Part shown: piece after piece, positions 9,721 through 22,613 of the stretch
Layout: the number at the start of each line of letters is the position of its first letter
Position numbering within the stretch: the stretch's first letter is position 1
Assembly (NCBI GenBank): GCA_032718475.1
Contig: JAUCBJ010008304.1
Location: 1-44,832, forward strand
DNA length: 44,832 nt
Reading direction: 5' to 3'
Origin: Nemertoderma westbladi
Lineage: Eukaryota; Animalia; Xenacoelomorpha
The notes under the pieces: generated by a model
What the model was told of the DNA's origin: nothing
What the model saw: the letters and a program-made list of their open reading frames with translations, nothing else
Databases searched by the model: none
Position numbers and translations under genes: made by a program

Positions 9721-11309
9721 TTCGTGTTGGGTATATACAACAACAAAGTGTATCAACGGTCCGTCTTACAGTTAAAATGTAGTGCTACCCAGGCAATGCT
9801 TACAGATAACAATGTATAAAGTACCGGTATACAATATATTATATATAACAGTATTACAGCAAAACTGATATCACTCCTAAATACCGGTATATGCGTATAG
9901 CCTAAATTATATGAGTATATAAATAAGCGTACTGTTAGTACCGGTACGATCAATAATTAAACAATTGTGTTATAGTCAGTTATAGGAATTCGTTTCTGTT
10001 TACTTGGTGCTGATGTCAGGTAATAGGTTCAGCACATATGGTTTAGACTTAGTTGGATCTAACAGGCATACGGGTTTTAAATCTGATGAAATAAAATTTA
10101 AATTGAAATATATAAATATATATATGCCCGTAGCGGGTTTAATTAATATTTATCCTGATGTTGAGAGGATTACAAGCACAGTCAATTATTGTTAGAAATC
10201 ACAATTAATTGTTCTTATTCGTTCAGAGGTCACAGTAAGGATGGTAAACACTCAGTAGGGAGAGTTTATAGACACAATAATAATAATTTCTACTGACTAA
10301 GTTACATATCTCTATGAATTACTTAAATACGTACGACGGGTGGAGATTACACAATCTCTAAATAAACAACAAACAAAAGTTACACGTACAATTTTACGTG
10401 TAAATTTAACAAGAATTCTACTAACCAGAACCTTGAATCTCTGGTTCTTGCAGGGGTAATACGGAATTTTGATTGATTGGAATACGGAACTAATATAGTA
10501 GTAGCATTCAATAATATTTCTTTTTCCATTTTTCTAAGAGTCGAATTTTTGGTATAGGCTATAAAGTCTACTATATTTCTCTATTGACTATGTAATTGTA
10601 AAGATTTATGTTCTTATATGGAATTTGCGATATGAGATACCGTAAAACTTTAATTAAACTCGGTGTCAATATTAATTGATTTTTAAGTAAAGTTGATAAT
10701 TTTTTAAGGAGGGGGGCGGGGGGGGGGGGGGTTGTGGGGTAACCTCCTGCTGTTTTTAGAAATTTTAAATTTGTTTACATATCCAATATGGTTTGCATAG
10801 AAATCGATATACCATCGAAAAGAGAAACTAAAGTAAATAAAAATGTGAATTTTTTTGGCGCCCCCTAGCGGGTGGTGTGAGATTTACAACTTTTGCTAAT
10901 AAGACTACTCCTCCGCTATTTTCCATTTTTGTTTAACGATACCACATTTTTTTGGAAACAGAGCATGTTGATTTTCATTACTTTCTTTGACCAAGTTTTG
11001 TATTTTCATTTTCTATTTATGATAATTGGCAATTTTCTAAAAGAAAATTGTAAATTTTTAAAAAATTGAAATAATCCACGTTTAAAAATATGAGGAAATA
11101 TTCTGAAATCAAAAAAAGTAGTCGAAGCTAATTGAAGCTTATTAATTTTCATAAAAACCAAAAATTATAAAAAAAGGTTAGGAAATGGCGGAGGAGTATA
11201 ATTTTTCGTGTGAAAAAATGTCACTCAGAGATAGATACCTTCAAAGTTCAAACCTTCCCGCGCAAAATTGCCTTTATGAGGTCTGGTTGGTTAAAGTGTC
11301 TGACAAAAA

Positions 11310-11480
11310 GGAAGCACACCACCGAGCTAAAATTATATTTACGGGGATTTACGGGGTCTGTGTAATATTTGGTGGAATCTGGTCTGTCCGTCGGTCGGTC
11401 GGTTGTCTGTCTGTCTTACATTTTGACAGGCAGATTGCCAGACAGATATTCCACGATAACTCGAGAAGTACTGTAATATA
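11310..11480 (+). mobile_element. Putative Helentron-associated (DINE/HINE-like) element fragment
   Basis: GTCY-type microsatellite gtctgtccgtcggtcggtcggttgtctgtctgtc at ~11382-11415 followed by cacgataactcgagaa; the family assignment is inference. Confidence 0.4.
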
Positions 11481-11582
11481 TTGGAAATAACTGAAAAATC
11501 ACCGTCGATTCTGTATATATTGATACAACTTCATATATATTGTTTTATATATTTTTACTGTAGGCGTATGACGCTGTGTACA

Positions 11583-11820
11583 TCAGTCAGTATATGCAGT
11601 TCGATGAGTTAACAACCATTCTTCTACCGTAACAACAACCCCGTTAGCTATCCAAATATGATTTATTTCAGTCTCAACGATAGCCAATTGGAGGGCGGAC
11701 TCTAAAGATTTGCCTGGCTTCTGATTGGCTAATCCAGTTATTTGGTCTAGGTCTTTGTCGGTCTGCCAACCCACCGTTGCAAGTGGAATTAAATCAGCCA
11801 GTAGTTGGTAATCATCCCTT
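11583..11820 (-). CDS. M1 aminopeptidase N-like gene, terminal coding exon (ERAP1_C domain)
   Basis: Acceptor tttcatgcag|, phase 2. Encodes ...WQTDKDLDQI...ALQLAIVETEINHIWIANGVVVTVEEWL...*, comparable to the ANPEP C-terminus [27 protein letters not shown]. Confidence 0.8.
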
Positions 11821-12193
11821 CTGCATGAAAGTAAAATAATTATGTATTATGTAATAATAACTAAATTCAATAAATGTAATAAATCAATAACAAACGACAT
11901 ATGTAGTCGCGATGTGAATGAAAGACGACTACAACTCCAGAGGAAAGAGCATGTAAAGGAAACATAGTATGCAGCATAGTTAAGTACGCAGCATAGTTGA
12001 CTATGCAGCATAGTTGAATATGCAGCAACCCAACAAAAAAAGAAGCATTTTCGAATATACGCGGATATAAACAGCATATAGTTGACGAAACAAGTTTTTT
12101 AAAATATAAATAATTTCCATCACAATGTAAATTCAGTATGACATTTCAAGTAATATTTTATCCAAGAAATTACAGTTGTAATTAATATTTTAC

Positions 12194-12339
12194 CCGATAT
12201 TATCCGCGTTTAATGTATGTTTGATGATAAATCGCCAAACATTACGTTGTCCCGTCCTCGTTAGAGCCAATCCTTTCAGCTGATTTAGCAACCTCCATGG
12301 GTACGGGTACCAATTCACTTTGTCAAACTTGGACAGAAG
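12194..12339 (-). CDS. M1 aminopeptidase N-like gene, internal exon
   Basis: actttgcag| ... GG|GTAAAA, 146 nt, phase 0-2. Encodes LLSKFDKVNW...TRTGQRNVWRFII (cf. ANPEP GQGLVWDFV). Confidence 0.8.
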
Positions 12340-12542
12340 CTGCAAAGTGATAATAAATAGATGAGGTAGAGCTAGTCAAAAAAATTATGAAATTAACCTG
12401 ATTACGACTCTTCAATCTAAAAATATAAAGATTTACTTTCACTAGTGAGTTAGATTTTCATAAAATTTATTTTGCATTTTTATTGCGTTAGCTTATTAAA
12501 GAAGACTTACTACGATATTTAATTTATTAATATTAGGCCTAC

Positions 12543-12717
12543 CTCCATTTGCACGTCATCTTCAGTAGCACACGACATCCCATACACAATATCCTCAACG
12601 TGACCCGTTTCATCAAGGTGTTCTCTACTCTTCCTATCAAACTCTTCCAGTAACTCTAAACTGCCTCGGCTTCTCATCTCCCCACAGTAAACATATTTCC
12701 TTAGGTAATTTGGAACG
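12543..12717 (-). CDS. M1 aminopeptidase N-like gene, internal exon
   Basis: attacag| ... GAG|GTAGGC, 175 nt, phase 2-0. Encodes VPNYLRKYVYCGEMRSRGS...IVYGMSCATEDDVQME (cf. PNLRSTVYC...LACSKE). Confidence 0.82.
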
Positions 12718-13728
12718 CTGTAATATTGTAATTAATTCGTAATTTTACACTTGAATTTAGAAATTTAAACATTATTTAAAAATTAGTTGATTATTTTATT
12801 TACATATTTATTAATTAAATTGGTCACTAAAACAATTTTTGTCTTCTATATTAAATAGTTTTTTTTCACTAAACTTTTTTCTCTAAAATATGTGGATTCA
12901 TCAACTAAAGTACATTACTAAAAAATTTATTTTGGAGACATTACTGTAACTTGTGGTATTGAATGTAGTTTATTGTTTTGGTTAGAACAACGTGCAGTTG
13001 GTTTATAAGTAATACATTTTAGTGATAATAATTGTTTAAATCGATTTACTAGAAATTGAATAATTCAGTGACTTTCGTGTTAAAATTTAATCCCGGACTT
13101 TCCAACCCGGACTTTTTGTCCCGCACAAATTCGTCTCTGTCTATTTGTCTCGTGCTTTTAGTCCCTGACATTTCATCCAAAACTCGGACATTTCTTCCCG
13201 GACGTTCTATGTGACTTCTTCCAACTCCTGTAACTTTATATTTAATATCAGAAGTCACACCATCCTTGTACTGTAGTTCCATTACAAAATAAAATACATT
13301 GATTTTTATTGTGGATGCCAATTCCGCTCAAGTGACAGACATATTACGGAAATTGTCCATCAATAATGACATCCTGAGGTATTATACTGTAATTTCCCAT
13401 TAATAGGCATTTTTGCAACATGGTAAGTGATTTCCAAATATAGACCACATCTGAACCCCGCCAAATATGACCCAAATCAAAATATCGTATCTGAATTCGC
13501 ATTTGAATATTAATTCAATCGCATAATCACTAATTCCCTTTGTCATCTATATTTGACTCACACACATTTTCTTGGCCCCTCTCATGTGCTGCGCGAATGT
13601 CTATCAAAAAATTGACCTTGCCTCACACTGATAATTCGAGTTTGCGAAATATTTTGCGAAAGAAGAGCGGTTTGTCAGTGGTGGCGTATTGGTAGATGGA
13701 GGCCCCCCGAGGTCAGAAAATACTAGAG

Positions 13729-13850
13729 TAGGGCCTGAAGCGGTTAACCGGTTAATTCAAATTAACCGTTTACAAATTGATTAACCGGTTAACCAGTTAA
13801 TTGGAAATGGTTAACCGGTTGACGGAAAATTTAACCGCTTCAGGGCTCTA
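13729..13850. mobile_element. Small MITE, hAT-like termini
   Basis: TIR tagggcctgaagcggttaa / ttaaccgcttcagggctcta; internal repeated palindrome ttaaccggttaa. Confidence 0.65.
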
Positions 13851-14496
13851 ACCAGAATGTTTGGAGCTTATTCACGCCATAATAATAGACTAAAAGCGCA
13901 GAACTAAAAGTACCTCACAATAAGAGAAAACAAATAATAAGATAGTGACATTTCCCTTCAACAAACATCCATCATCAGGGCTGGAAATTAAACCGCTACA
14001 GCGAGTGCGTAAACTTGGTTAGGGCGTCAAGTAAGTTTTGTAATTCTTAGGGCCATCCTCCATCATGTGTCTCCCCTACGGGATGTGCTGTCTATGTACC
14101 CAGTCACTAACCGGACTGCTCACCTATTTGCGAACACCCATTTCAAAATACTATCCCATAAATTTTTAACTATTTTTATATCTATTAATTTTATAATATT
14201 ATTCATTAGGCAGCCTTGTAAATATAATAATATATTATATTATTTGCGTTTGTGATTTTAAAATTAATAACCTGAATTGAATAAAAGTATATACACCATT
14301 ACTCGTAATAGATTGTCATTTTCTGATGACACGGACGCCCCCCCCCCCCCCCCCCCCCCAACTTTTCTACAAATCTTTATCATATGAAACTCACCGTGGT
14401 TGTTACCATGAAGAGGGAATTTTGATTTTGCCTTTAAATTAACCCTTTCGCACCTAATACAGGATTTCATTTGTACCCCATAACCTTAACTAAAAT

Positions 14497-14968
14497 CATA
14501 AATCTGAAGTCTGTCGGTCTTTCTGTCAGTTTGTCTGTCAAGACTTAAGAAGAATAAAATATAACTAACATACTTGCTCTGTGGGTTTTAAAGGTCGGTG
14601 ATTTTATTTCTGATATTATCTTTCACGATTACATAAATCTAGTCTGTCTGTCTGTCGGTCTGTCGGTCTTTCTGTCCGTCAGTCTCTCGAAACTTAAAAA
14701 AGAATACAAACTAACTAATATTCTCGCTATGGGGGTTTTAAGGGTTGCAGATTTCATAGCTGATGTCAGTTCTCCCGTTTACATAATTTTACTATGTCTA
14801 TCTGTCGGTCTTTCTGTCAGACAGTCTGTCGAAACTTAAAAAATAATACAAACTAACCAATATTCTCGCTATGGGGGTTTTTAAGGGTTGCAGATTTCAT
14901 ATCTGATGTCAGTTTTAATGTTTACGTAAATTCAGTCTGTCTGTCTGTCGGACTTTCTGTCAGTCAGT
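14497..14968 (+). repeat. Tandem repeat of ~145 bp, ~3.3 copies, with GTCY microsatellite
   Basis: gtcggtctttctgtc recurs at ~14514, 14662, 14804 and 14947; shared aaacttaaaaa...ctcgctatgggggtttt...gatttcat blocks. Confidence 0.75.
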
Positions 14969-15287
14969 ACTACTGTAATAGATGGTTGGCAATACGCCAT
15001 ATACCTAACACTAATAATACAGTCTACAATACAGCCTATCTACAGTACAGAATGGATTTTTTGCCCTGAAGAACACTAAATGTCATCAATACTACACACC
15101 AGTATACCTACGGTAAAAGTTCCAGTAAAATATGGTATTCCAGCATGACGTCCACTGCAAGTCTTAGTGCTGTCCATGGTGACGTGCAGTGGACGTCATA
15201 GGCTCTAAGTGGTTTTAAGTAGTTAAGAGTAAGTAGTTAATTAAGTAGTAATTAAATTTTTATAAGCGTATAAAAATAACTATTTTT

Positions 15288-15988
15288 TTTACATAATTGT
15301 GAGCAAAGTAGCACTTTGCAGCGTTATGACCCGAGTTTATTTATGTACCGAGCGAGCGCAGCGAGTGAGGTTTACATAAATAAACAAGGGTCTTTAACAC
15401 TGAAAAGTGACCTTTGCAAGCAATGATGTATGTAATTTTGTTACATTATGTCAACTTATCAGCGTTCGGTATCTGAAGAAAGGATTTTATGAATGCTCAT
15501 TTATAAACATTTTAACCATGTGCTATATCGAATATAAGTTAAATTTATTGACAGGTACACAGTATTAATTATACATTTATAACAAATTAAAGTTTATTGG
15601 AATTTATCTCCTGCATGAATATGATAAATCTTTGATCCATCTTGACCTTGGTCGACTGAAGCAATACCGAACATTGTCGCCATTTTCTTTTGTCATTTTC
15701 TCTAAAATATCTTCTATTGGACGTTTCGCCTTAATGGATTACAGTACACAATAAACAATTATTTACGTACAGCAGCTTGTCCCGTCACTGCAAACTGGAT
15801 AATAAAGCAACACTCATTAATAGAAATGGGTATAATACATTCTGGAATACGGTAATTGAAGTTGTTTCCATGTTATTGATTTCTTTGCAGCGTTCCGTCC
15901 AATAGGCCGCAACGCTGCAAAGTAGTACTTTGCAGCGTTACGAGTAATTCACAAAGAATGCTGTTAAGTTGACATAATGTAAAAAAAA
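15288..15988. mobile_element. Composite foldback / non-autonomous DNA element
   Basis: Imperfect palindrome 15288-15436 around cgagcgagcgcagcgagtgag. Inverted repeat ttacattatgtcaactta (15444-15461) / taagttgacataatgtaa (15965-15982). The motif ctttgcagcgtt recurs in both orientations. Confidence 0.55.
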
Positions 15989-17483
15989 TGTATTTTGCTA
16001 AATCACACTATATGAAAGGTATTGTGGCCATTCTTCACCATAGCATAGTCGTAATTTTTTAAACATTAATTAGAAAACCTGCGTTGCAAGGATTTGAAAT
16101 ATGTAACAATATCTGAATTTCGTTGAGAAACAGCTGAGATATAGGCGTTTAAAAATTGCAAGAATTATTCGCTGAGGGCCATTTATTCTATTTAATAAAT
16201 ACATTAAATATTCTAGAACGTGTCAAGGTACTTTTATAACATTAGAGTATTTCTTACTCTGAGAGAGAATTTGATGTTTTACGAATTTTAGCTCCTCTAT
16301 ATACGAACTTTAAGAGCTAATCTGCAACCATTTAATGGATATTAATTAAATAAGTATTAATTAATTAATTAGCATACAGATATGTACCGGTATATATATA
16401 ATATATGTATATAATTAATTATGAATAACTTACTTTGTTAAATATTAAATGCATTATAGAGAACGTGTTATTAATTTTATTTGTTGTAATTCACTTTTTT
16501 TATGAAAACACAGAACAATTTTGTAAATTTTTTTCAATTTTTTAAAGTAATGTTCGTATTACATTTCAAAGTAATTTTCATGACATTAATAATAATAATA
16601 TTGCATTTAAATAGATTTCGCTGATGGTATTCACAGATTATTTAATATTCTAAAATATTATAATATCACAATAGGGCCTATATTACCTATTTTGCTCTCT
16701 CGATCTATATAACGGTATTTCATTATGGAAGAAGCTTCGATATTTATGCTGAAATAGGCCCAGATAAAAGTGAGAGAAGACTTACAACAAATAAAATTAC
16801 GTAAGTGGTTGCAAAAAGTAACATTTTTTCTCTTGCTTTCTCATTTGTCTCGCTACGCTCGAGAAATAAGTCTAATTTTTTGCCACCACTTAATTAAAAT
16901 AGTCATTGTGAGCAGAGATGGGCAATATGCCAGCCTATACAATATCTCTACCGCGTAGCTATTCATACATAAATGAGTGTTCAAAAATATTGTGTATTTA
17001 TTATAGAAAAAAAATGGCCTTACCGAACGAAGAACGCTCTTCGAGTTTATTACGTTGCGTTTTCACAAAAGACACTTCTTTAAGAAACGTATGAATTATT
17101 TTTAAGCAAAATCGAAAATTCCGTTAACAAACAACTACGGTGAGTTGTACTAGTTGTGTTTCAAATTCCAAGCAATATCACAATTACGGGTCATGATGTA
17201 TTGAATTACGACCCAGTGTAACCAGTGAGGTCATGTGTTTTTCCCCATCGTATATAACAACTGGTGGAGTCATAAATACATCTACCTAACTACATATAAA
17301 ATAACTATAAACTATAAGTCATAATAACTGCGCACAATCTTTTTCAGTAATCTTTAATATGATTAATTTCTAAATGTCAATAAAATAATTGTAAAACTTC
17401 AACATCATACATACAACACCTTCAATATCATAGAATACAATATATAATATTATATAATATTGTACAAAGATTAAATTATGATT

Positions 17484-18100
17484 TCATTTAATACCAGGTC
17501 TATACAGTACGTCTTCGTACTTAATATTGTCTTTCCGACATAATTTAAAGAATCTCCGCACGAGGGCGCTAAAGAAAGCAACAGGAGCGACTACAATGTT
17601 TGGTGGTTCGAATTGGTATCCAATAATACCAGAAACATTTCGCTCTAAATAGCAGAAAACAGGGAACCAGTAGACGCTAGCTAGTAAGTTATGGATTCCG
17701 GGTTGTTTTAATTCAGAGTTATTAGCTAAAGTATGGTAAGCCCAAAAAAAGTTGGTGGATATATAATAGGCAATTATCACGTCTATAGTGTAATGTTCAT
17801 GCCCCATTAATATAAACGCGACAGCGACTATATAGACCGAGGTAGTTAGGTATCTCAACCACCACAAATTCTTCGGGGAATAATAGCGAATAAACAGCCA
17901 AAAGGTAGTCAAGGATACAGTGTGCCCGGAGTAGATGTAGTCGCCACAGAGATGGTGTTCGTTGGAGACGTTGAGGCCGAATCCAAGCAGGACTTCGAGA
18001 GCGCGTTGGAATTTTCTTCCCCAACCCACATGGGGTCCGCATTCAATGTCCAGGTCTGGCCGCGGTAGATGCGTTACTAGGATACATATAACACGTAGCC
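17484..18100 (-). CDS. Sphingomyelin synthase family protein (SMS2-like), coding exon 2
   Basis: Acceptor cctgtactag| at 18101. SMS motifs D3 CGDYIYSGHT and D4 HEHYTIDVIIAYYIS; stop at 17484. Confidence 0.92.
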
Positions 18101-18972
18101 CTAGTACAGGAATAACAACGGTCACTTCATTCCGACACCAAACTCCTCATTCTTCCCCTTCCAACTTGCGCTTACTAACAAATATAATATGCTATATGCA
18201 TAAAAAATATATTTGAAACATTTTTTCACTCGCTTTGTGTGCTATTAGAATTAGCATTACTCTTATTAGCGTTTAAATATGGTGATTAGACCCCCCCCCC
18301 CCCCCCAAAAAAAAACACAGAAATTATCGGAAAGGAAATAGAACATTACTTTGCAAAAAGTAACAATTTTTAGCATTCTGCCTCTGGTGGGTTTATTACA
18401 CTGGTATCACCGAGTCTTATAGAAAATCGAGGGTCATACCGGTAACCCGGGTAACGGCTATATAGCGATGCTAGCCTACATTATCTAAAGTATGTTTGTA
18501 ATTTTCTCTATTTCTATCGAATTTTACAGTTCTAGTAAAATTGCCAGCTATCTTTTCAATATCAATGGGGGCACTATTCATTCAGTATTAATTCAACAAG
18601 ACCCATAGTTATATTATGTTTTTTTTTGTTGATGGTGCACTGCCTGAATGAGTTGTAGTAAAATTGAATTTGAATTTCCCTCCATTTATATAGAGTTGTA
18701 ATCTTTCCACTTTATAATATTATATAATTACACTACTTTATAAAAAAAGATGCAAAATTTTGACTTTCTGAAGATATGACAATTTGACTAAAACTATGAA
18801 AAATATTTCAATATTGTTGATTTTTATAGATTTTTAGCTCAAAAGTTTAAGGCAATATATTAGATATCTTGGTTTTACAGGATAAAATCAGCAATATTGA
18901 GAAAAATTTTAAAGGGACATAATTTTGAGGAGATTGTGCGAATGCAATGACCGTTAAGGCCAGTAGCTGTAC

Positions 18973-19483
18973 CGTATAGGTTGCCGATTAGAAAGAAAAG
19001 CCTGCGAAATATAATCCATCTGTGTTTCTGTGAGCAAATAATAACAAACATGATTAATCCCAAAGACATTCCTATATGTTCGCTGGCTGGAAAGGCCCAC
19101 GATCGGCGATGCTGTCTGTCTAGAATGACGTCAGACAACGGTTTAGCTTCAACATCAATAAAATCATTAACAACCGAGAGAGCGATAGCAGTTAAAATGA
19201 GATTAAATAACATGAAAAGGAAAGTCATGAATGTTTTCAGTTTCTCTTTCGGATAATTTTCGTTTTTCATAGCAGAGTTTGATTTAATTGTCCTTCCGTT
19301 ACAGTTTGGTATTTGAACCAGTGCGGTTTTAGGCATGTTATCGATAAATCTCGTCAATGAATTGGTTGTTTTCTCGAGGTTTTGAAATATAAATGTTCGT
19401 TTTTCACCCTCAACATGAATAATAGGGATAATTACACAGACGTTAGGATTCACCATATTATTAAAGACATCACCATCGGTCAT
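18973..19483 (-). CDS. Sphingomyelin synthase family protein (SMS2-like), coding exon 1
   Basis: YPKEKLKT, D1 PLSD, D2 RRLFFLIGNLYG|LRVICILVTHLP across a phase-1 intron (donor G|GTACAG at 18973/18972). Joined CDS is 1128 nt = 375 aa. No SAM domain seen; the start codon is uncertain. Confidence 0.9.
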
Positions 19484-20430
19484 TATTTAAATAACTCTGA
19501 ACAACTATTTACATATTTTACATATTTTAGTGTAAAATAGCAGAGAGCTCACGCAGAGAGCTAGTGAAATTAAATATAACGAGGATTACAACAGTGAAAT
19601 AAAGTAGTATTATTCTACTACATTCTATCTATATAGTCACTAAAAGGTAAATAATTTAATTTAACACTTTTGCATAAATAATACTCAAAATAATATATTG
19701 ATTATTTGGTTTCGGATTAGTTGTTCATTGGAATTGAATATTTGAGACCGCTAAATTATCTTTCAATTATAATAATGAATTATGATTTATTATATGTCTT
19801 AGTCTATCGGAATAGCAGACAAACAATTAAGGGGAATTTTTACAAGGGGAATGGAATGGAGTGGACATGGAAAGGAGGTTAATATATTATTAAGACAAAA
19901 ATAATTAAAATAATTACATTCAGGAAGGGTCCTCCTTTATAAACAGAAAAATAAGGACCTGATCTTAGGCAATAATGGTGAGGAAGTTAATATTTTATAC
20001 CAAGAATACGTTCTATACAGTGAAAACTTGCCTGAGCTTTTCAAAACACAATAAAACAAAACAAAATAAAAATTGCGACACAATAATTGGTGTAGGCCCT
20101 ACTTACAAACCTATAATTATCATCGACTGATACAGGTATACAAATATTCAATGTTGATTTAAATCATTTAATTTAATTTAAATTTAATTCTATTTAATTT
20201 AAAAATTACCTATGTTCACCAACGACTTAAACAGCCATTGGTAAATATCATCAATAATTAGCGAATCTTAAAGTAATTTACAAAATAATCATATAGTGGC
20301 GCACACTGACCGCAAGTGCAGTAGAAAGTGACTGGCAGGGCGAGAAGTCTGCTTCATTATCTTTAACTGGCGATCAATGAGTATAGATAGACAAGGGAAA
20401 AGCGAAATGGAAATATGGATTAGGTGGGAT

Positions 20431-20564
20431 ATGTAGAGATGGACCTGCTTTTAGTACCACTTCCTGGCACTCATCAGGTCAGAGTGATAAACACATAGTT
20501 CCTATGGCGACCTTCCATCACTTTCTGTTCTCGAGCCCCCCAGTAACAGCAAACATCTCTACAT
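20431..20564 (-). other. Degenerate hammerhead-like motif framed by an 11-bp inverted repeat
   Basis: Minus strand CTGATGA GTGCC-AGGAAGT-GGTAC TAAA (GAAA expected) ...TC; atgtagagatg (20431-20441) / catctctacat (20554-20564). Confidence 0.35.
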
Positions 20565-21514
20565 TTCAATTAACATTTTTAATAAAAAATATATATATAT
20601 TTATTTATATTTCTGCCACCCATAAATTGTTCAACCTATACAACACGTAAATGCCATCCTTCTAAGTACTGTAGGGAAAGTTTTATATTCCAATTATTTG
20701 AATAGGGAATTACCACAAATTATAAACGATGTATTTTCAGTGCGTCCCCTAGAATAACTATCAGAAGCTACAAAAAGAAGCTGTAACAAATTACTCCACT
20801 GGAACTAAACATAAAAGGATAATAATTCACAAGAGAAGTCAGTGATAAGTACAACATTATATTTAATTAATTTTCGCATCTCTCTCCACTGCTATATTAA
20901 ATATACATACCATCTTCCTTCATAACAAACAAATCAATATCTTTGTAACAACATAGTGTTTATATAACATATATATTATTGAATATAGTTAAGCAGCTTA
21001 AGTAATGGTGTGTTCTATGTCGTATATTGCTTTTACGCCGTCTTAGTATTACCTACAATACTGTAATGGGATTTAATGATGGAGATTTCAATTAGTTTTC
21101 TGTTATGCTTGCTGCTTTCTGAGACCATCAAGGATTCAAAAAGTCTTAAAAATACTAGACGTAACACACGATAAGTTAATTAATATTAAGCATTAGAATA
21201 ATGTGACAGAATATCATGGTCTACTACAATCAGCATAAACTTTAACAGCAATAAGACACAAAAATACCTGCCCCTGTATCGTACCTGTGAATACATCTAA
21301 GTCTGGCGCCTTACCTAGTGAGCTATGAGAAAGATAAATTACCACAGAAACAACAATAATAATTATGGTAATAGTCATGGTTATAGTAATAATTATACTG
21401 TAATTACGTTTTATAATAAATTGTACTGTACATCGTTACATCTAACTCGTTGAGTCGGAATATTGTCTCGCTCTTGGTAGAGTTTTACGTAGTGTAATTA
21501 CGTTTTGTATTTGT

Positions 21515-21693
21515 AAAGATGATAGAAAAAATAAAGTATTGAGGGTCTTTAGCTGGTTATATTATATTAGATAAAGATTAATCTATAATAATATATTTCT
21601 TATATATTAAAATATATATACCCTCAATACTTTATTTTTTCTATCATCTTTACACTATGCTGCCGCTGGTGAATGCCTACCACTTCATCCGTT
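21515..21693. mobile_element. Short PLE-type insertion (inverted arms + tail + TSD)
   Basis: 14-bp direct repeat CGTTTTGTATTTGT at 21501-21514 and 21694-21707; perfect 35-bp inverted arms 21512-21546 / 21620-21654; 39-bp unpaired tail 21655-21693. Confidence 0.65.
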
Positions 21694-22540
21694 CGTTTTG
21701 TATTTGTGTTAGGTTAGCGTATAGTGTAATATTGTAAAAAAGTAACATAAAGGACCCCCTTGGAAATTAGCTGCAAATCTTTAGAGGTAAACCTATATGT
21801 TATGTTGGACAATACCTTTATACCGGTACATTGTTTGGTGTATTTGTTACTGTTTTTACATAATGTATAAATAAATCTATCTATCTAAATAACTATAAAA
21901 TGTTTTACTTTGTATAACTAGTGCACAAAAGTATTAAACTCAATCCTATTATTTATCCCGACGTTGTAAATAACTACAACAAAGTAATTTTTAAAATAGT
22001 ACACATATAAATTAGTAACGAGAGTCAGCTCTCACCGTGCTGTGTTACACACCACATGTCACATGGCACTATAATATATACCGGTACGCAGATTATATGT
22101 CTGTCTAAAGTGCTTTAATATAGATTATAGTCTATGTCTGCTTTTATTGTAAGTCGCTATTCTTTAAAGAGTTACTTCAAAGTTTTTAAAACTAGAGTGA
22201 AAGAGGTTAAATTGTTTACATTTAAACGTTTTATGAGATAATATTGAAATTTACGTGAATGTTGTACACTGTACAGTTGTACGTTACTATACCAACAGTT
22301 ACATCAATCAGCAAATCAGTTCTACAGATATGTGTGTCATGTCAGCAGAACAAAATAAAAATATACCTGTAGTAATTCTAAAAGAAAGTGAAATAGAACA
22401 ATAGTTATATGCTCTAGAGAAACGGTGCAATATGAAACAAACTACAACAGCGTGAAATGGATCATAGTTCCGCGTCTACTAACGCATGAACTGTCTCCTC
22501 CATGAATGGCTTACTACCAATCTAACTACTAAATAAAATT

Positions 22541-22613
22541 CACCGGAAAGCAGGATTGAACTCGGTACCTAGAGATTTTAAGTCCAACGCTCTACCAACT
22601 TCGCTACTGCGCC
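22541..22613 (-). mobile_element. tRNA-derived SINE head / tRNA pseudogene
   Basis: GGCGCAGTAGCGAAGTTGGTAGAGCGTTGGACTTAAAATCTCTAGGTACCGAGTTCAATCC: A- and B-box-like motifs with broken stems. Confidence 0.65.

Noticed and set aside
13320-13670. Possible hAT transposase C-terminal remnant
   Set aside because: Too degenerate to support without a profile search.
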